Below, one piece after another: positions 13,840 through 25,944 of a stretch of 64,000 nt of DNA. This DNA comes from Mobula birostris (lineage: Eukaryota), in NCBI RefSeq assembly GCF_030028105.1, contig NC_092397.1, positions 31,711,097-31,775,096 on the forward strand. Reading direction: 5' to 3'. The notes below the pieces were generated by a model. That model saw only the letters and a program-made list of their open reading frames with translations. It was not told where the DNA came from and did not search any database. Both the position numbers and the translations under genes were made by a program. Each line of letters begins with the position of its first letter. The first letter of the stretch is position 1.

Positions 13840-15870
13840 AATAATGATCAGACTTTATAAAGTACTGGGGAGGTCTCACTGGAGTATTGTGAGCAGTTTT
13901 CGGCCCTTTATCTCAGGAAGGATGAGCTGAAACTCAATGGGTTTCAAAGGACGTTCTCCAGATTGATTGCAGGATGAAACAGGTTGCCACATGAAGAGTG
14001 TTTGATGGCTCTGGGCCTGTATTCACTGGAATTTTTGATCAATGAGGGGTGGCCCAATTGAAACCTATCGAATGGTGAAACACAGTCATAAAGTGGATGT
14101 GCAGAGGATTGGAGTGACTAATATCAGGACACAGCCTCAGAATAGAGGAGCATCCTTGTAGAATGTGGAGATGGGGATTTTTTTTTGCCAGAGAGTGGTT
14201 CATCTGTGGAATTCATTGCCACACGGAGCTGTCAAGCCAGGTCTTTATGTATATTTAAGGCAGAGGTTGATAGATTCTTGATTGGTCAGAGTATGAAGGG
14301 ATACAGGGGAAAGGCAGGAGACTGGGGCTGAGAGGAAAAATGGATCAGCCACAATGAAATGTCGGAGCAGACTCGATGGGCCAAATGGTCGAATTCTGCT
14401 CCTATATCTTAGTCTGTGTCACCTCCTCAATGATTTTTATCAAGCATGATCTCCCTACACAAAACCATGTTGAATGTCCCTAAGCAGGCCATGCCTTTCC
14501 GAATGTGCATAAATCCTGTACCTCAATATCCTCCCCAGTAGCTTCTCTGCCACTGAAATGAGGCTGCCTTGCCTTTTGGTTCCTGGATTCTTGTTATTTC
14601 CCTTCTTGATCAAAGCTGCAACATTTCCGACACTCCAGTCCTGTGGGACCTCACATGTTGTGATCGAGGACACACAGATCCTTGTCAAATCCCCAGCAAT
14701 CTGCTCACTTGCTTCCTTCACTGTTGTAGGATATTTGCCTTCAGGCCCTGGAGTCTTATCCATCTTATTGCTTTTCAGACGTCCCAGCACAACCTGCTGC
14801 TTACTCTCAAAATGTCTCTGCACATTCGCATGCCTCATTCTGTTTTCATTGCCATTCAATTCCTTCACTTCAGTAAATGCTGACACAACGTACTCATTCA
14901 GTACCTCAGCCACTTGATCTCACTTCAACCACATCATTCCTCCTTTAACCTTGAGTCGACATTTCTATTCTCTGGTTATCCTCGTCTTATTAATACAAAT
15001 CACAAGGCCTTGGGATCATCTTTGGTCCTACATTACAAGGACAGTTTGTGGCCCCTTTTGGCCTTTCCTATCACCTGCTTTAGCATTTCCCTGCTACCTT
15101 TATATTCCAAAGGTACCCAGTCTGACTTTAGCTTCACAAACCTTCCATAACCTTTTGACTAAATTTAGGATCTCTCCGCTTGTCTAAAAATCCCTTACTT
15201 ACCATCCTTCTCCTCACTCCTCACCGGAACATGCTGATCCTGAACTCAGAGTTGCTGGTCTTTAAACAACTCCCACACATCAGATGTGGACTTGTCTGAC
15301 AGTGGCTGCTCCCAATCAATGTCCCTTGGCTCCTGTCTTCCTCCGTCCTGACTTGTCCTCCTGCAAATTAGTACCTTCATACAAGATCTACTTTTATTTT
15401 TACTTGTAACTAAGAAAAAAGAAACTTGTGATCACTGTTCCCAAAATGTTCACTGACTCTCAACTGTCACCTGGCCTGGCTCATTCCCATCTGTTCTCAC
15501 CTCTGGTTGGGCTCTGTACATAATGTTTCGAACACCTCTCAGATTCACTGAAGAAATCTGGCGCATTTAAGAATTAAGCAAGTTCCAGTTAATCTAGAGA
15601 AGATAATGTCCCCCCACTGGTTGTTGCGGGGCCAATACAAACACCCCAACAGTGTAACTGCAGATTGCCTCTGTTTGCTGTGACATTCCCAGTGAGGTAA
15701 CCTCTGCATTTTTAACCCCCCACTCACATGTAAAACAATGAATCCCAGGAATGTTGAGCTGCCAGCCCTGTCCGTCCGATAACATAGTACTCCTAGTGTT
15801 GAAATAAACTCATTTCAGCCCATCAATCCCACCATGTTTATTGGCCTGACATTGGCTCTCGTTCTTTTCA
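13840..15870. mobile_element. CR1 fragments (plus 3' end 13840-14410; minus RT/EN 14440-15870)
   Basis: ORF 14455-14913 DKTPGPEG..QHGFV, plus a CR1-type 3' end ..ggccaaatgg..ttctgctcctatatctta. Confidence 0.7.
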
Positions 15871-15879
15871 GACTGTGTG

Positions 15880-16443
<564 letters not shown>

Positions 16444-16476
16444 AAAACTCCCACTTCCTCCCGAGCACAAAACAAA

Positions 16477-16492
16477 GGCTCTTCTAAGAGCC
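16477..16492 (+). terminator. Histone 3' stem-loop (H4)
   Basis: GGCTCT-TCTA-AGAGCC followed by ACCCA. Confidence 0.95.
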
Positions 16493-16940
16493 ACCCACCG
16501 CCTCACAGTCGGAGCCGTATCCACAACCTTTTAATTATTTTTATCGATACATTCCGCTGAGTTACATTTGAAACAGATTAATCGGTTCGGTTTGCAATAT
16601 TCCTGCGAATCTGCCATTTCCAGTCGGTGATTACTTCAGAACCTCTGAACGCGTTAAGATCGATCTTCATCCTTTTATCTGTCTCGGACAGGAATCAGTT
16701 CACTCCTTTAGAGAAGCGACTCCGTAATTATGCATTTAAATCTTAGCTCAGGGGATTAGATATTAAATTTATTAAATGAAACTCAAATTGTATAATGCGT
16801 GATAAAACTAACGGTAAATAATTTTTTAAAAAGTCTTCCAGCACCGTTGCTGGGTGCTCTGAAATTGGCGGGCAATTTGAAATTGATCCTGCGCCAATCA
16901 CACTGTATTCTGATCCGATGAAGTCCGACCGCCAGTAAAT

Positions 16941-17148
16941 TCCTAGAACTCCTTCTGTACGTGGTGTTAGAGGGCGTTTTTTTCTCTCTCTCTGGAGCTC
17001 TGTGTTTCGGACAAACCGTTGGAAATTGCCGGGTGTATTAAAGTGAAGACGGAGCTGGACGATGAGAGGCCGCTCTCGGCTCTGTCCGTCACTCTGACTC
17101 TGTCTCCTCCCCTCCCCGCCTCTGTCTCTCTGCGCGTTTCTCGGGCAG
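16941..17148 (+). pseudogene. Orphan duplicate of the H4 promoter, truncated before the TATA box, no CDS
   Basis: 17040-17148 nearly matches 15947-16057 and breaks after TTTCTCGGGCAGG. Confidence 0.85.
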
Positions 17149-17230
17149 GAGTGGTGGCAGAGGATTGGAGGATGGGTCATGTTATCCAGTAATTTAGGAT
17201 CGAAGGAAAACCAAACACAAGACCATTGTG

Positions 17231-17325
17231 CAGATGCTGATGGAGGGTCTCGGCCTGAAACATTGGCTGTTTCCAGTTTCTCATAGATGCTGCCTGGCCT
17301 GCTGAGTTCCTCCAGCACTGCGCGT
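17231..17325 (+). repeat. Penelope-type terminal repeat fragment with degenerate hammerhead motif
   Basis: CTGATGGAGGGTCTCGGCCTGAAACATTGGCTG...GATGCTGCCTGGCCTGCTGAGTTCCTCCAGCA. Confidence 0.7.
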
Positions 17326-17339
17326 GTATCGCTGCGAGG

Positions 17340-19830
17340 AAAAGCCTGGGAGCTGAGTCAGGGCTGATAACGTCACTGCCCGGCTCAGCAAATTTACCGA
17401 TGTCAGTAAAGTTGGTGATATCGTGGAGTGTGAAACAATGTAACTAACATTACAACAGGACGGTGATCAATGAGGTCACTGATTTGAGGAATGACAGATA
17501 AATGTGAGATGTTCCATTGTCATTGACGAACCAGGGCAGAACTGCCGTGGGGAATGGTCTGGCCCTGGGAGTGCTGTAAAACAGAGATATCGGGGTGCGG
17601 ATATCGAATTCCTTCAGAGTGTAAACACAGGTCGGCAGGACGGTGAAGAAGCTGTTCGCCACACTCGCATTCAGCGGGTAGAGTATCGGGCACTGGACTG
17701 TGACGTCACGTTACAGCTCTACCAGCCTCGGGGAAACTACTCTCGGAGCACGGAGTACAGTTATAGTTGCCATGTGATCAGAGGGTGACATTAAACCGGA
17801 GAGGGTGCAAAAGGGATTTAACAGGAGGCTGCATAGGCCAGGACCTTTCTCACCAGAGTGTATGTGACATTAGAGAGGTGATAAAATAATGGCAGTCATA
17901 GATACGGTCAACAGTGAATCTGTTATCTCCAGGTTTATGGAGTTGGAAGCGAGAGATTTCAGATATAAAGTGAGAGAGGAAAGATTTAAATAGGATCCTG
18001 AGGAGCAGGTTTTGTACACAGAATGTGCTGTTTACATGGAACAAACTACCCCAAGTGGTGGTGTAGGTGGGCACAGTTGCAATATCTCTTGGACTGTGGA
18101 GAGGGAAGTTTCACAGGGACATGGGCCAAATGCAGGCAACTGACAATAATTTTGTTTGGCCACTTGGTCAGCATGGATGTGTTGGGCTGAAGGACCTGTT
18201 TCTGTGCTGCATAACTCAGTGACTATGTCTGCTGCTGTGGCAGAGCGGGAGGGACAGTGTCAGTAGTGAGAAGGTTTGGGGGATGTAGACAGGAGAGTGA
18301 ACGGTTGAGGATGTGGCAGATGGAACAGAATGTGGGGAAATGTGTGATCACCCATTCCCAGGAACAAACTGTAAGAGTCATTTCCACACAGGGATGTTCA
18401 GAGGGACCTGGGCGTCCTTGTAAACAAATCACTTGAGTTAACATGCAGATACAACAAGTAATGAGAGTGCCTGTACTGTGCTGTACTATTCTATGTTCTA
18501 TTTATATGGGAGGCAGGGTTTGAGGGTTGGCACAACATTGTGGGCCGAAGGGCCTGTACTGTGCTGTACTATTCTATGTTCTATGTTCAAACAGTATTTT
18601 GTCCTGTGATCCATGGGGATTGTACAAGAGGGTACAGAGGTCTCACTGGGATTATACATGGCCCTGGTGAGAACACACCTTGAGTATCGTGTCCAGGTTT
18701 GGTCACACTTCCTCAGGAAGGATATCCCTGCAATAGAGGGAGTGCAGTGACTGTTCTCCACACTGACTGGGTTGGTTCCGGGGATGGAAGGTTGGTTATA
18801 TGAGAGGAGAGTGAGTGGGCTGGGTCTGTATTCCCTGCTGTTCATGAGAAAACGAGGAAATCTGTTAGATTCTTTCAGGATATGACAGGCAATGGGCAAG
18901 GAGGATCTTTCCCCTGAATGAGAACTCCAAAACTGAGGAAAATACCCTCAGAATGAGGCGTAAATCACAAACACGAGAGAATCTGCTGATGCTGGAAATC
19001 AAACGCAACACACACAAAATGCTGGAAGAACTCAGCAGGACAGGCAGCCTCTATGAAAAAGAGTAAACAGTCGACACTTCGGGCCGAGACACTTCATCAG
19101 ATCTCAGGGTGAAGATTCTCAGCCCGAAGCATCGACTCGTTACTCTTTCCCATAGGTGCTGCCTGGCCTGCTGACTTCCTCCAGCATTTTGTGTCTGTTG
19201 CTCAGAATGAGGTGACAAGCATTCAGGATGGAAATGAGATATTTTGTTAATCAGAGAACAAAGAACTTCTGTATTCCTTATATAAGTAATGTGGAGCCTC
19301 AGTTGCTGGGTTGAGTCAAAGCTGAGATCAACAGTCTCTGGGAGAGATTTAGTCACTAAGTGAGTCCATAAGACCATAAGATACGGGAGCAGAATTCGGC
19401 CATTTTGCCTGTCGAGCCTTCTCTGGCATTTCATCATCACTGATCAATTTTTCCTCTCAGCCCCAATCTCCTGCCTTCCATTGTATCCCTTCATGCCCTG
19501 ACCAATCAAGAATCTATCAATCTCTGCCTATACCCAGTGATTTGGCCTCCACAGCTGCCTGTAGCAAAAAAATTCACGGATTCACCACTCTCTGGCTGAA
19601 GAAATTCCTCCTCGTTTCCATTCTAAAAGGATGACCCTCTATTGTGAAGCTGTGTGGTCCAGTTTTAGACACACCCATCACAAGAAAAATCCTCTCCACA
19701 TTCACTCAATCAAGTCCTTTCATTATTTGATAGGTTTCAATTTGGTAACCCTTCTTTCTTCGAAGTTCCAATGAATAGAGGCCCAGAGCCGTGAAACTCT
19801 CTTCATTAGGCAAGCCATTTAATCCTGAGT
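17340..19830. mobile_element. CR1 3' fragments (plus 17340-19350, minus 19370-19830)
   Basis: Degenerate RT C-terminal motifs and CR1 tails, e.g. duplicated gcctgtactgtgctgtactattctatgttctat at 18469-18590. Confidence 0.65.
18959..19200. mobile_element. Palindromic non-autonomous Penelope-derived element with 12-bp target-site duplication
   Basis: Two inverted terminal-repeat arms fused at about 19100. CTCAGAATGAGG at 18947-18958 and 19201-19212. Confidence 0.8.
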
Positions 19831-20164
19831 AAAATTCTCCATTTGTGATGTCATGTCAGCACAAAAAAATCTGGATTTCAGAGATGTTTGCATTTTGGAA
19901 TTATGGACCAATCTGCACAGCCCTAATCACTAATTTGTACTGCAGTGAACACTGTTAATTTAACCCATGCAATCCCAGGCATACAGATGCAAAATAAAGA
20001 CAATTCTAAACTGAAAGTAGGAAAGTTGAACCTTACTTGGAGGTAAAGCCTGATTACTAGGCCTCAGAACATTCTACTCCCCAAATGGTCAAAATAAAGC
20101 CAAGTAACAAGGTCTAAAATACCCACAACATGCAGAGTTACATGCCTCTCATTACCTTGATCCA

Positions 20165-20300
20165 TGGGATAAACACAAGCGGGCCTGATTAACCCTGGCT
20201 GGGCTGTCTGGGTGAGGATGTCTCATGATTAAAGACCCAAAACACTCAATGACCCCAGGTTGCATTACTGACAATGTGTCCCTTTGCAACACCCGGTTCA
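20165..20300 (+). mobile_element. Possible HERO-like (RLE non-LTR) 3'UTR fragment
   Basis: cctgattaaccctggctgggctgtctgggtgagg..aaagacccaaaacactcaatgaccccagg..actgacaatgtgtcc resembles fish HERO 3' ends as recalled; not verified by search. Confidence 0.4.
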
Positions 20301-21109
20301 TTAAGCCAAGTGGTGTCAGGCCACATTAATGAAGGGAATGGGCCAGATTGAAGTGGCTACACTACACTACCCTATCCACCATAGCCCCACCTATCTCACT
20401 ATACTAAACTCCACAGCATTATCTCTCCCAGCCCCACATATACATCCACCAGCCCTACCCTCAAACCTAATCCTGAGGTCCAAGGGGGCACACACCCCCA
20501 CTAACCCTGGGCACACCCCCACAAACCCGATGACCAGTGTAAGGGGGAAGAAGATGCAATAAAGGCAAGTGTTGGACTTGGTTGATGAAGGCATGGGCCA
20601 GATCAAAGTGGCAGCGTTGTGTGACACTGAATCTGGAGTGACGAGATGAAGAAGCACAAGAGGGATGATTCTCCCACTGCCGGCATAATCTGTTTGTTAT
20701 TTTGATTTTGTTCTGATAGTCTTCTGTCTGTTTGAATATTTTGGTATAATTCATACTTAATTTCAGTGTTTCTTGTCAGTGTTGTGTCTCTGATGCAATG
20801 TGTCTGTGATGCTGCTACAAATACTTTGATCCTTTCACCTGTGCATAAATAAACTCGATTTAAACTTTACACTGAAATGTCCAAATCTCTCCTTCACTCT
20901 CCTGCAGCCCTATGTCATGAACTAAATGTCCTAGTGTTTAATTTTACAATATTTCATCTGATTTTATTTTCATTCGGCTTTTGAAATTTGCCTTTCCCTT
21001 TTCAATTTCAGCCCGCAGCCCGGCCTGTCTCTGCCCTTCAGTACTTCCTCCCGCATTAAACGACAGCGGTAAACCCCGCCCATTGGCGCCGCTTCCCATC
21101 CCCCAGCGT

Positions 21110-21253
21110 TCCGATTGTTGATTCATTTCTCCAAACAGCCAATGGAAATGCTCAGCATTCCCATCCTCATTAACATACCGCTTTGGGCGCTGCCTATTTA
21201 ATCCGCGCTCCGAACAGCTTCTGCTTATTATTGTGTTTGAAACCGACGAGGAA
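21110..21253 (+). promoter_or_regulatory. Histone H2B promoter
   Basis: CCAAT 21139-21143, octamer variant ATTAACAT 21169-21176, TATTTAA about 21195-21201. Confidence 0.7.
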
Positions 21254-21628
21254 ATGCCTGATCCAGCGAAACCCGCTCCCAAGAAGGGCGCCAAGAAAGC
21301 TTTGTCCAAACCAGCGAGCAAGACTGGCAAGAAGCGCAAGAGGTCGAGGAAGGAGACTTACGCCATCTACATCTACAAAGTGATGAAGCAGGTTCACCCC
21401 GACACCGGCATCTCCTCCAAGGCCATGAGCATCATGAATTCATTCGTCAACGATATTTTCGAGCGCATCGCGGGCGAGGCTTCCCGCCTGGCCCATTACA
21501 ACAAGCGGTCAACCATCAGCTCCCGGGAGATCCAGACCGCCGTGCGCCTGCTGCTGCCCGGGGAGCTGGCCAAGCACGCCGTGTCCGAAGGGACAAAGGC
21601 GGTGACCAAGTACACCAGCTCCAAGTGA
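21254..21628 (+). CDS. H2B: Histone H2B (124 aa)
   Basis: [12 protein letters not shown]...[14 protein letters not shown]...TKYTSSK; true ATG at 21254; stem-loop downstream. Confidence 0.98.
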   Translation: MPDPAKPAPKKGAKKALSKPASKTGKKRKRSRKETYAIYIYKVMKQVHPDTGISSKAMSIMNSFVNDIFERIAGEASRLAHYNKRSTISSREIQTAVRLLLPGELAKHAVSEGTKAVTKYTSSK

Positions 21629-21665
21629 AGACAAGTTCACTGACAAAACAAACCGGAAAATCAAA

Positions 21666-21708
21666 GGCTCTTTTAAGAGCCACTCAACAGTTTCATTAAA
21701 AGAGTTAC
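21666..21708 (+). terminator. Histone stem-loop and downstream element (H2B)
   Basis: GGCTCTTTTAAGAGCC 21666-21681; AAAAGAGTT at about 21698. Confidence 0.95.
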
Positions 21709-22029
21709 ACGATGTTGAGACATGGAATTGAGGTAAATTTGGAATTTTTTGTTGAAATGCTCATTCAGAATCTTATCCCCGTTAATCAGAATTTGCTGTC
21801 CGCTGCTTAGTATAATCCCAATTTCTCTGTTAATTCCTGCCAACTGCCCAGACACGGAATCGTTACACACCCCTTTCCCCGTCGCTTCCTCTCGGTCATC
21901 AGATTTCTCTGACATGGACGCTAATATTTCTGGTTTAATTACCGTGGGTTCATTGAGCTTTGTCCCATTTTCGATACTTCTCTTAACCCCATTCCGACGC
22001 AAGAGCTGAACACTGTCACGGGTCGTTCC

Positions 22030-22470
22030 GAGTATTTGTTAAAGCTCCACTTTCTGACGGGCAACCCGTTGCTAAACTGACTTGAGTTTACACAATGACC
22101 GACCGCGAACAGCAGCTGAGAACCGGTTTTATTCCAATCGTTTATCAATTGAAAGATATCGGTGAACTAATTTCTCAGACACTATCGCAATATTAACTAC
22201 GCTTTGTTTAAGTGTGTCGGACTCCAGTAACGGGGGTAAAGAGCCGACAAACAAGCCTGTTGCGGTTTAATTTCAGCAACAAAGGCTTTTTTGGCGGTGT
22301 ATTGCAAATTTCAGTTTATTTCGGCGGTTAGACGGTATTTTCCGCGCTTCTACAGTTGCTGTCTCTTGATTGGTGAATAAGGCAGCTCTGTGATTGGAGT
22401 ATTTGCTCTTTCCAATCAGAACAGGCACCGGTTCACCAATCATAAACGCCCCACTACATTCCGCAACCCC
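22030..22470 (+). pseudogene. Orphan H2B-H2A spacer and H2A promoter, H2A CDS missing
   Basis: Aligns by eye with 31350-31803 (GTTTACACAATGAC; CGCGCTTCTAC; two ATTGG then two CCAAT boxes). Homology ends before the TATA box. Confidence 0.8.
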
Positions 22471-22489
22471 CCCCCCCCGCCCCGCCTGC

Positions 22490-24330
22490 ATCAGAAGGGC
22501 GATTTCCAGAAGCCTGTTTTCTAATGGTCAAAACTTCAAGTTTATTTCTGATTTATCAAATCTATGTGATGTTATATGTATTCAGGAAACCTGATTGCTA
22601 TCGCATTTAAGTTCTTCCTTCCAGTGTTATATTGTAATTAAGCGTGATAGATTAGTTGGTAGAGGAGGTGGTGTTGCAAGTTTTTTTTAAAGAGAGGGAG
22701 AGGGCATAAAGTTGTGGATGTAAATGGAATGTATGAGGCATTTGAAGACACATTTGATTCCACAGGTAGGGGCAATAAAGTGGTATATTATTATAACATC
22801 GACTGTACCTCTTCCTAGAGGTGCTGCCTGGCCTGCTGCGTTCACCAGCAACTTTTATGCGTGTTGCTTGAAATTCCAGCATCTGCAGATTTCCTCGTGT
22901 TTGTGTATTATTATAACCATTGTGGAAAGCTTCCGATTGATTTGTTGGAGAGCATACGTAGCTCTAGCTCACTATGGGTTGTATGATGTGGGGATTTTAA
23001 CACATAGTTAGTTCACTGTGGGGTTGTTCTCAGATTGGTAATATTTTGTTTATAGAAGAGTTTCAGATATTTCATATCCTGTTAGTCTTTATGGTGGGAG
23101 AGGTACAAGATTTAATGTTCATAATAGTTCTGAAAATGCTGTAAATTTAACTTTAGTTTTGAATATTGGAGTGAGTAGTGGGATGTCATGGGAGATGAGG
23201 CATTGGGGAGTGATCATTTTCCTATGTTTATAAGCTTGAGTTTGGATTTATATAGGGGGCATGAGGCCACTTTTAGGAGGTGGAGCTCTGGTAAAGCAAA
23301 TTGGGAGAAGTTTGAATGTTTTATGTGCTGAGCGTCTGTCTGGGCTGAATGGTGAGGATGATGTGGATTTCTGCAAAGAAACGTTGTCACATTATTCATC
23401 AAATAGTGGTGGAAGAGATTCAATTTAAAAAGTGCATTAGTGGGAGAAAAGCTGTACCGTGGTGGACGGAGGAGTGTGCAGAGGCAGTTACTGAGAGAAA
23501 CGTGGCATTTCGGAAAGTTAAGTATCACTCTCCGTGTGATCATATTAAGTGTAACAGGTCACAGGCCGTGCTGAGGAAAGTAATGAAGCTTGTGAAAAAG
23601 ATTTACTGGAGGTCACATTGTGAAAGTATTGGAAGGACTATTAAACTTGAAGATGTTTGGGGAATGACTAAGAAAATGGGGGTGTGGGATTCATAGGGTT
23701 CCGAATATTGATTAAAGAAGGTAATACAATTGTTCCTGAAGGAGAGACGGTTGAGTCCTGGCTCGGTCATTTGCTGCAATTCATAATCAAAATAGGTGGA
23801 GAGACTAAACAATGTAGCGATAAGGTTTTACAAGAATACCTTAATGTGTTGGAAACCAGCTGTAGCAATGATAGTATTAGTGATGTAGAGTTTCTTTGTG
23901 TGAATTTAAGAAAGCTATTTATAGTACAGGTCAGACGGCTCCAGGAAAGGATGATACATGTTATTGCATGTTTAAACATATGGTCAACAACTCTCTTGAG
24001 ATAATATGACATTTTTAAAATCATAATTGAAGTTCAGGCTATCTTCCCTCCTCATGGAAAATGGCAATTGTAGTGTCTATTCTAAAACCTGGGAAACCCC
24101 TGATGGATCCTCCTAGTTATAGACCAATATCACTGACGTCCCATTTGTGTAAACTTACGGAATGGATGGTGATAGTGTGGTTGAATTATATTTTGGAAAA
24201 GGGAGGTGATGTGCTGTTGTTAACAGACTGGATTAATTTGAGGGGCAAGTGCTGGTTCCACGCCACATGTTTCAAAAGCAGTCAATGATTTTATGCAGAA
24301 AACTCCGCAGCTACTTGAACACAGCAAGCT
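22490..24330 (+). mobile_element. Nimb/I-clade-like LINE ORF2 fragment (APE + start of RT), degenerate
   Basis: DVICIQET, RDR..RGGGVA, VPWWTEEC, WKMAIVVSILKPGK..SYRPISLTSHLCKL. Confidence 0.75.
22798..22905 (+). mobile_element. 108-bp Penelope terminal-repeat insertion with 12-bp TSD
   Basis: TATTATTATAAC at 22786-22797 and 22906-22917 flank ATCGACTG...GCTGCCTGGCCTGCTG...CCAGCATCTGCAGATTT. Confidence 0.8.
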
Positions 24331-24354
24331 TCCACAAACAATATACTCAATGGA

Positions 24355-24885
24355 GACGTCAATCCATGGCCTCGTATACTGTCGCAATGAGGCCACACTC
24401 AGGTAGGAGGAACAACACTTTGTATTCTGTCTGGGCAGCCTCCAATCTGATGGCATGAACATCGACTTCTTGATCTTCCAGTCATGCCTCCCCTTGCTCA
24501 TCATTCCCCATCCCCCTTTCCCTCTCATTGCCTGCCCATCGCCTCCCTCTGGTGTTCCTCCCCCCTTTTCTTTCATCCACGGCCTTCTGTTCTCTCCTGT
24601 CAGACTCCCCCTTCTCCAGCCCTGTATCTCTTTCACCAAACAACTTCCCAGCTCTTTACTTCATCCCTCCCTCTCCCAGTTCCACCTGTCACTTTGTGTT
24701 TCTCTCTCCCTTCCCCACCTTTAAAATTTACTCCTCATTGTTTTTTCTCCAGTCCTGCTGAAGAATCTCGGCCCAAAACGTCAGCTGTACTTTTATCCAC
24801 AGATGCTGCCTGGCCTGCAGAGTTTCTCCAGCATTTTGTGTGTGTTCCTTGGATTTCCAGCATCTGCAGATTTTCTCCTGTTTAT
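24355..24885 (+). mobile_element. Penelope-like element 3' end (GIY-YIG C-terminus, pyrimidine-rich UTR, terminal repeat)
   Basis: Encodes ..EATLR*EEQHFVFCLGSLQSDGMNIDF; degenerate hammerhead CAGTCCTGCTGAAGAATCTCGGCCCAAAACGTC at about 24750-24782. Confidence 0.8.
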
Positions 24886-24952
24886 TACTCAATGTCAACA
24901 AGCATTTTATATGACAACTGTCACAGTCCCACTCATTTAGAAATGCAGATAT

Positions 24953-25152
24953 GAAACTCGAGGTTCAGCAGATGCTGGGAATAAACTCTGAAGTGACACA
25001 CACAAAGTACTGCGGGAACTCAGCAGGTCAGGCAGCAGCTAAACAGAGGAATAAACAGTCTAGATAGGATGAAGTGTCTTGGCCCATAATATCAACTATT
25101 TATTTGTCTGCACAGATGCTGCTGGGGGGCACTGAGTCCCTCCAGTATTTTG
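24953..25152. repeat. Second palindromic Penelope terminal-repeat element (older)
   Basis: Minus arm ends CAGTC (25056-25060); plus arm starts GATGAAGTGTCTTGGCCC and ends CTCCAGTATTTTG. Confidence 0.65.
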
Positions 25153-25944
25153 CAAACATAAACCTTTTTTTCAGTCAATCAGTTTCCAAATGTTGCTGAA
25201 CTTTCATTTGCAGCCTCATCCTCCTGGTCTGATTCCCTCCTTCTACTCTACGTAAACTCAAGCCTCCATCACATCTGGAGCTCCAAAGCCCTCATTTGTG
25301 CTGACCCTCTTGTTTCTGCTCCACCATTCTGCTGTCGTACTTTAGAGGAGAGTGTTGTATTGCAACAGCCCGGCAATGTGAGGCACAGCCCTTCGAAATC
25401 AGTGAAAATGACACAAAGCAATGAACAGAGCGGGACAGGAAGATTTTAACAACACAAGACTTCAGCCTTGGTCCAGAGCTGTGAGGGATGAGGAATATTT
25501 GGGAGAAAACCACAGTAAATTAATCCTCTGCAGTTTACAGAAAGTCGTGGAGTGAATTCAAGGTAAACCTCTTCATCCCCAGACCGGTGACCAGTTACAT
25601 CCTGAACATTATAGGGTGAGTTAGTGGTGAACGGCAGGGATGAGTTTGAAAGCTCTGGTGTGCAATAGGAACACAAGCAGGTACCAGCTGGACTGGGTGG
25701 CCTCTCGACTGTTCATTGTCAGTGTGACAGGGAGGAAGCACCTGAGACACAGGATTTGAAATGGAATTGATCTATTTGTCTATGACAGATCCACAATATT
25801 AAACATCAGTGTATTTTAAGATGGTGGGATGAACCCCCTCAATGCTCAGTAACCAGGGTTCAGTCCTGGGTCTGATGACCAGCCACAATATCTGTGGAAT
25901 CTGACATTAACAGTCCCATATACAGCTTATTATAACTTCCTCCC

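Noticed and set aside
21233-21253. N-terminal extensions of H2B/H2A implied by the ORF track (also 30641 and 31824)
   Set aside because: They start at non-ATG codons in the 5'UTR; canonical ATGs are at 21254, 30665 and 31881.
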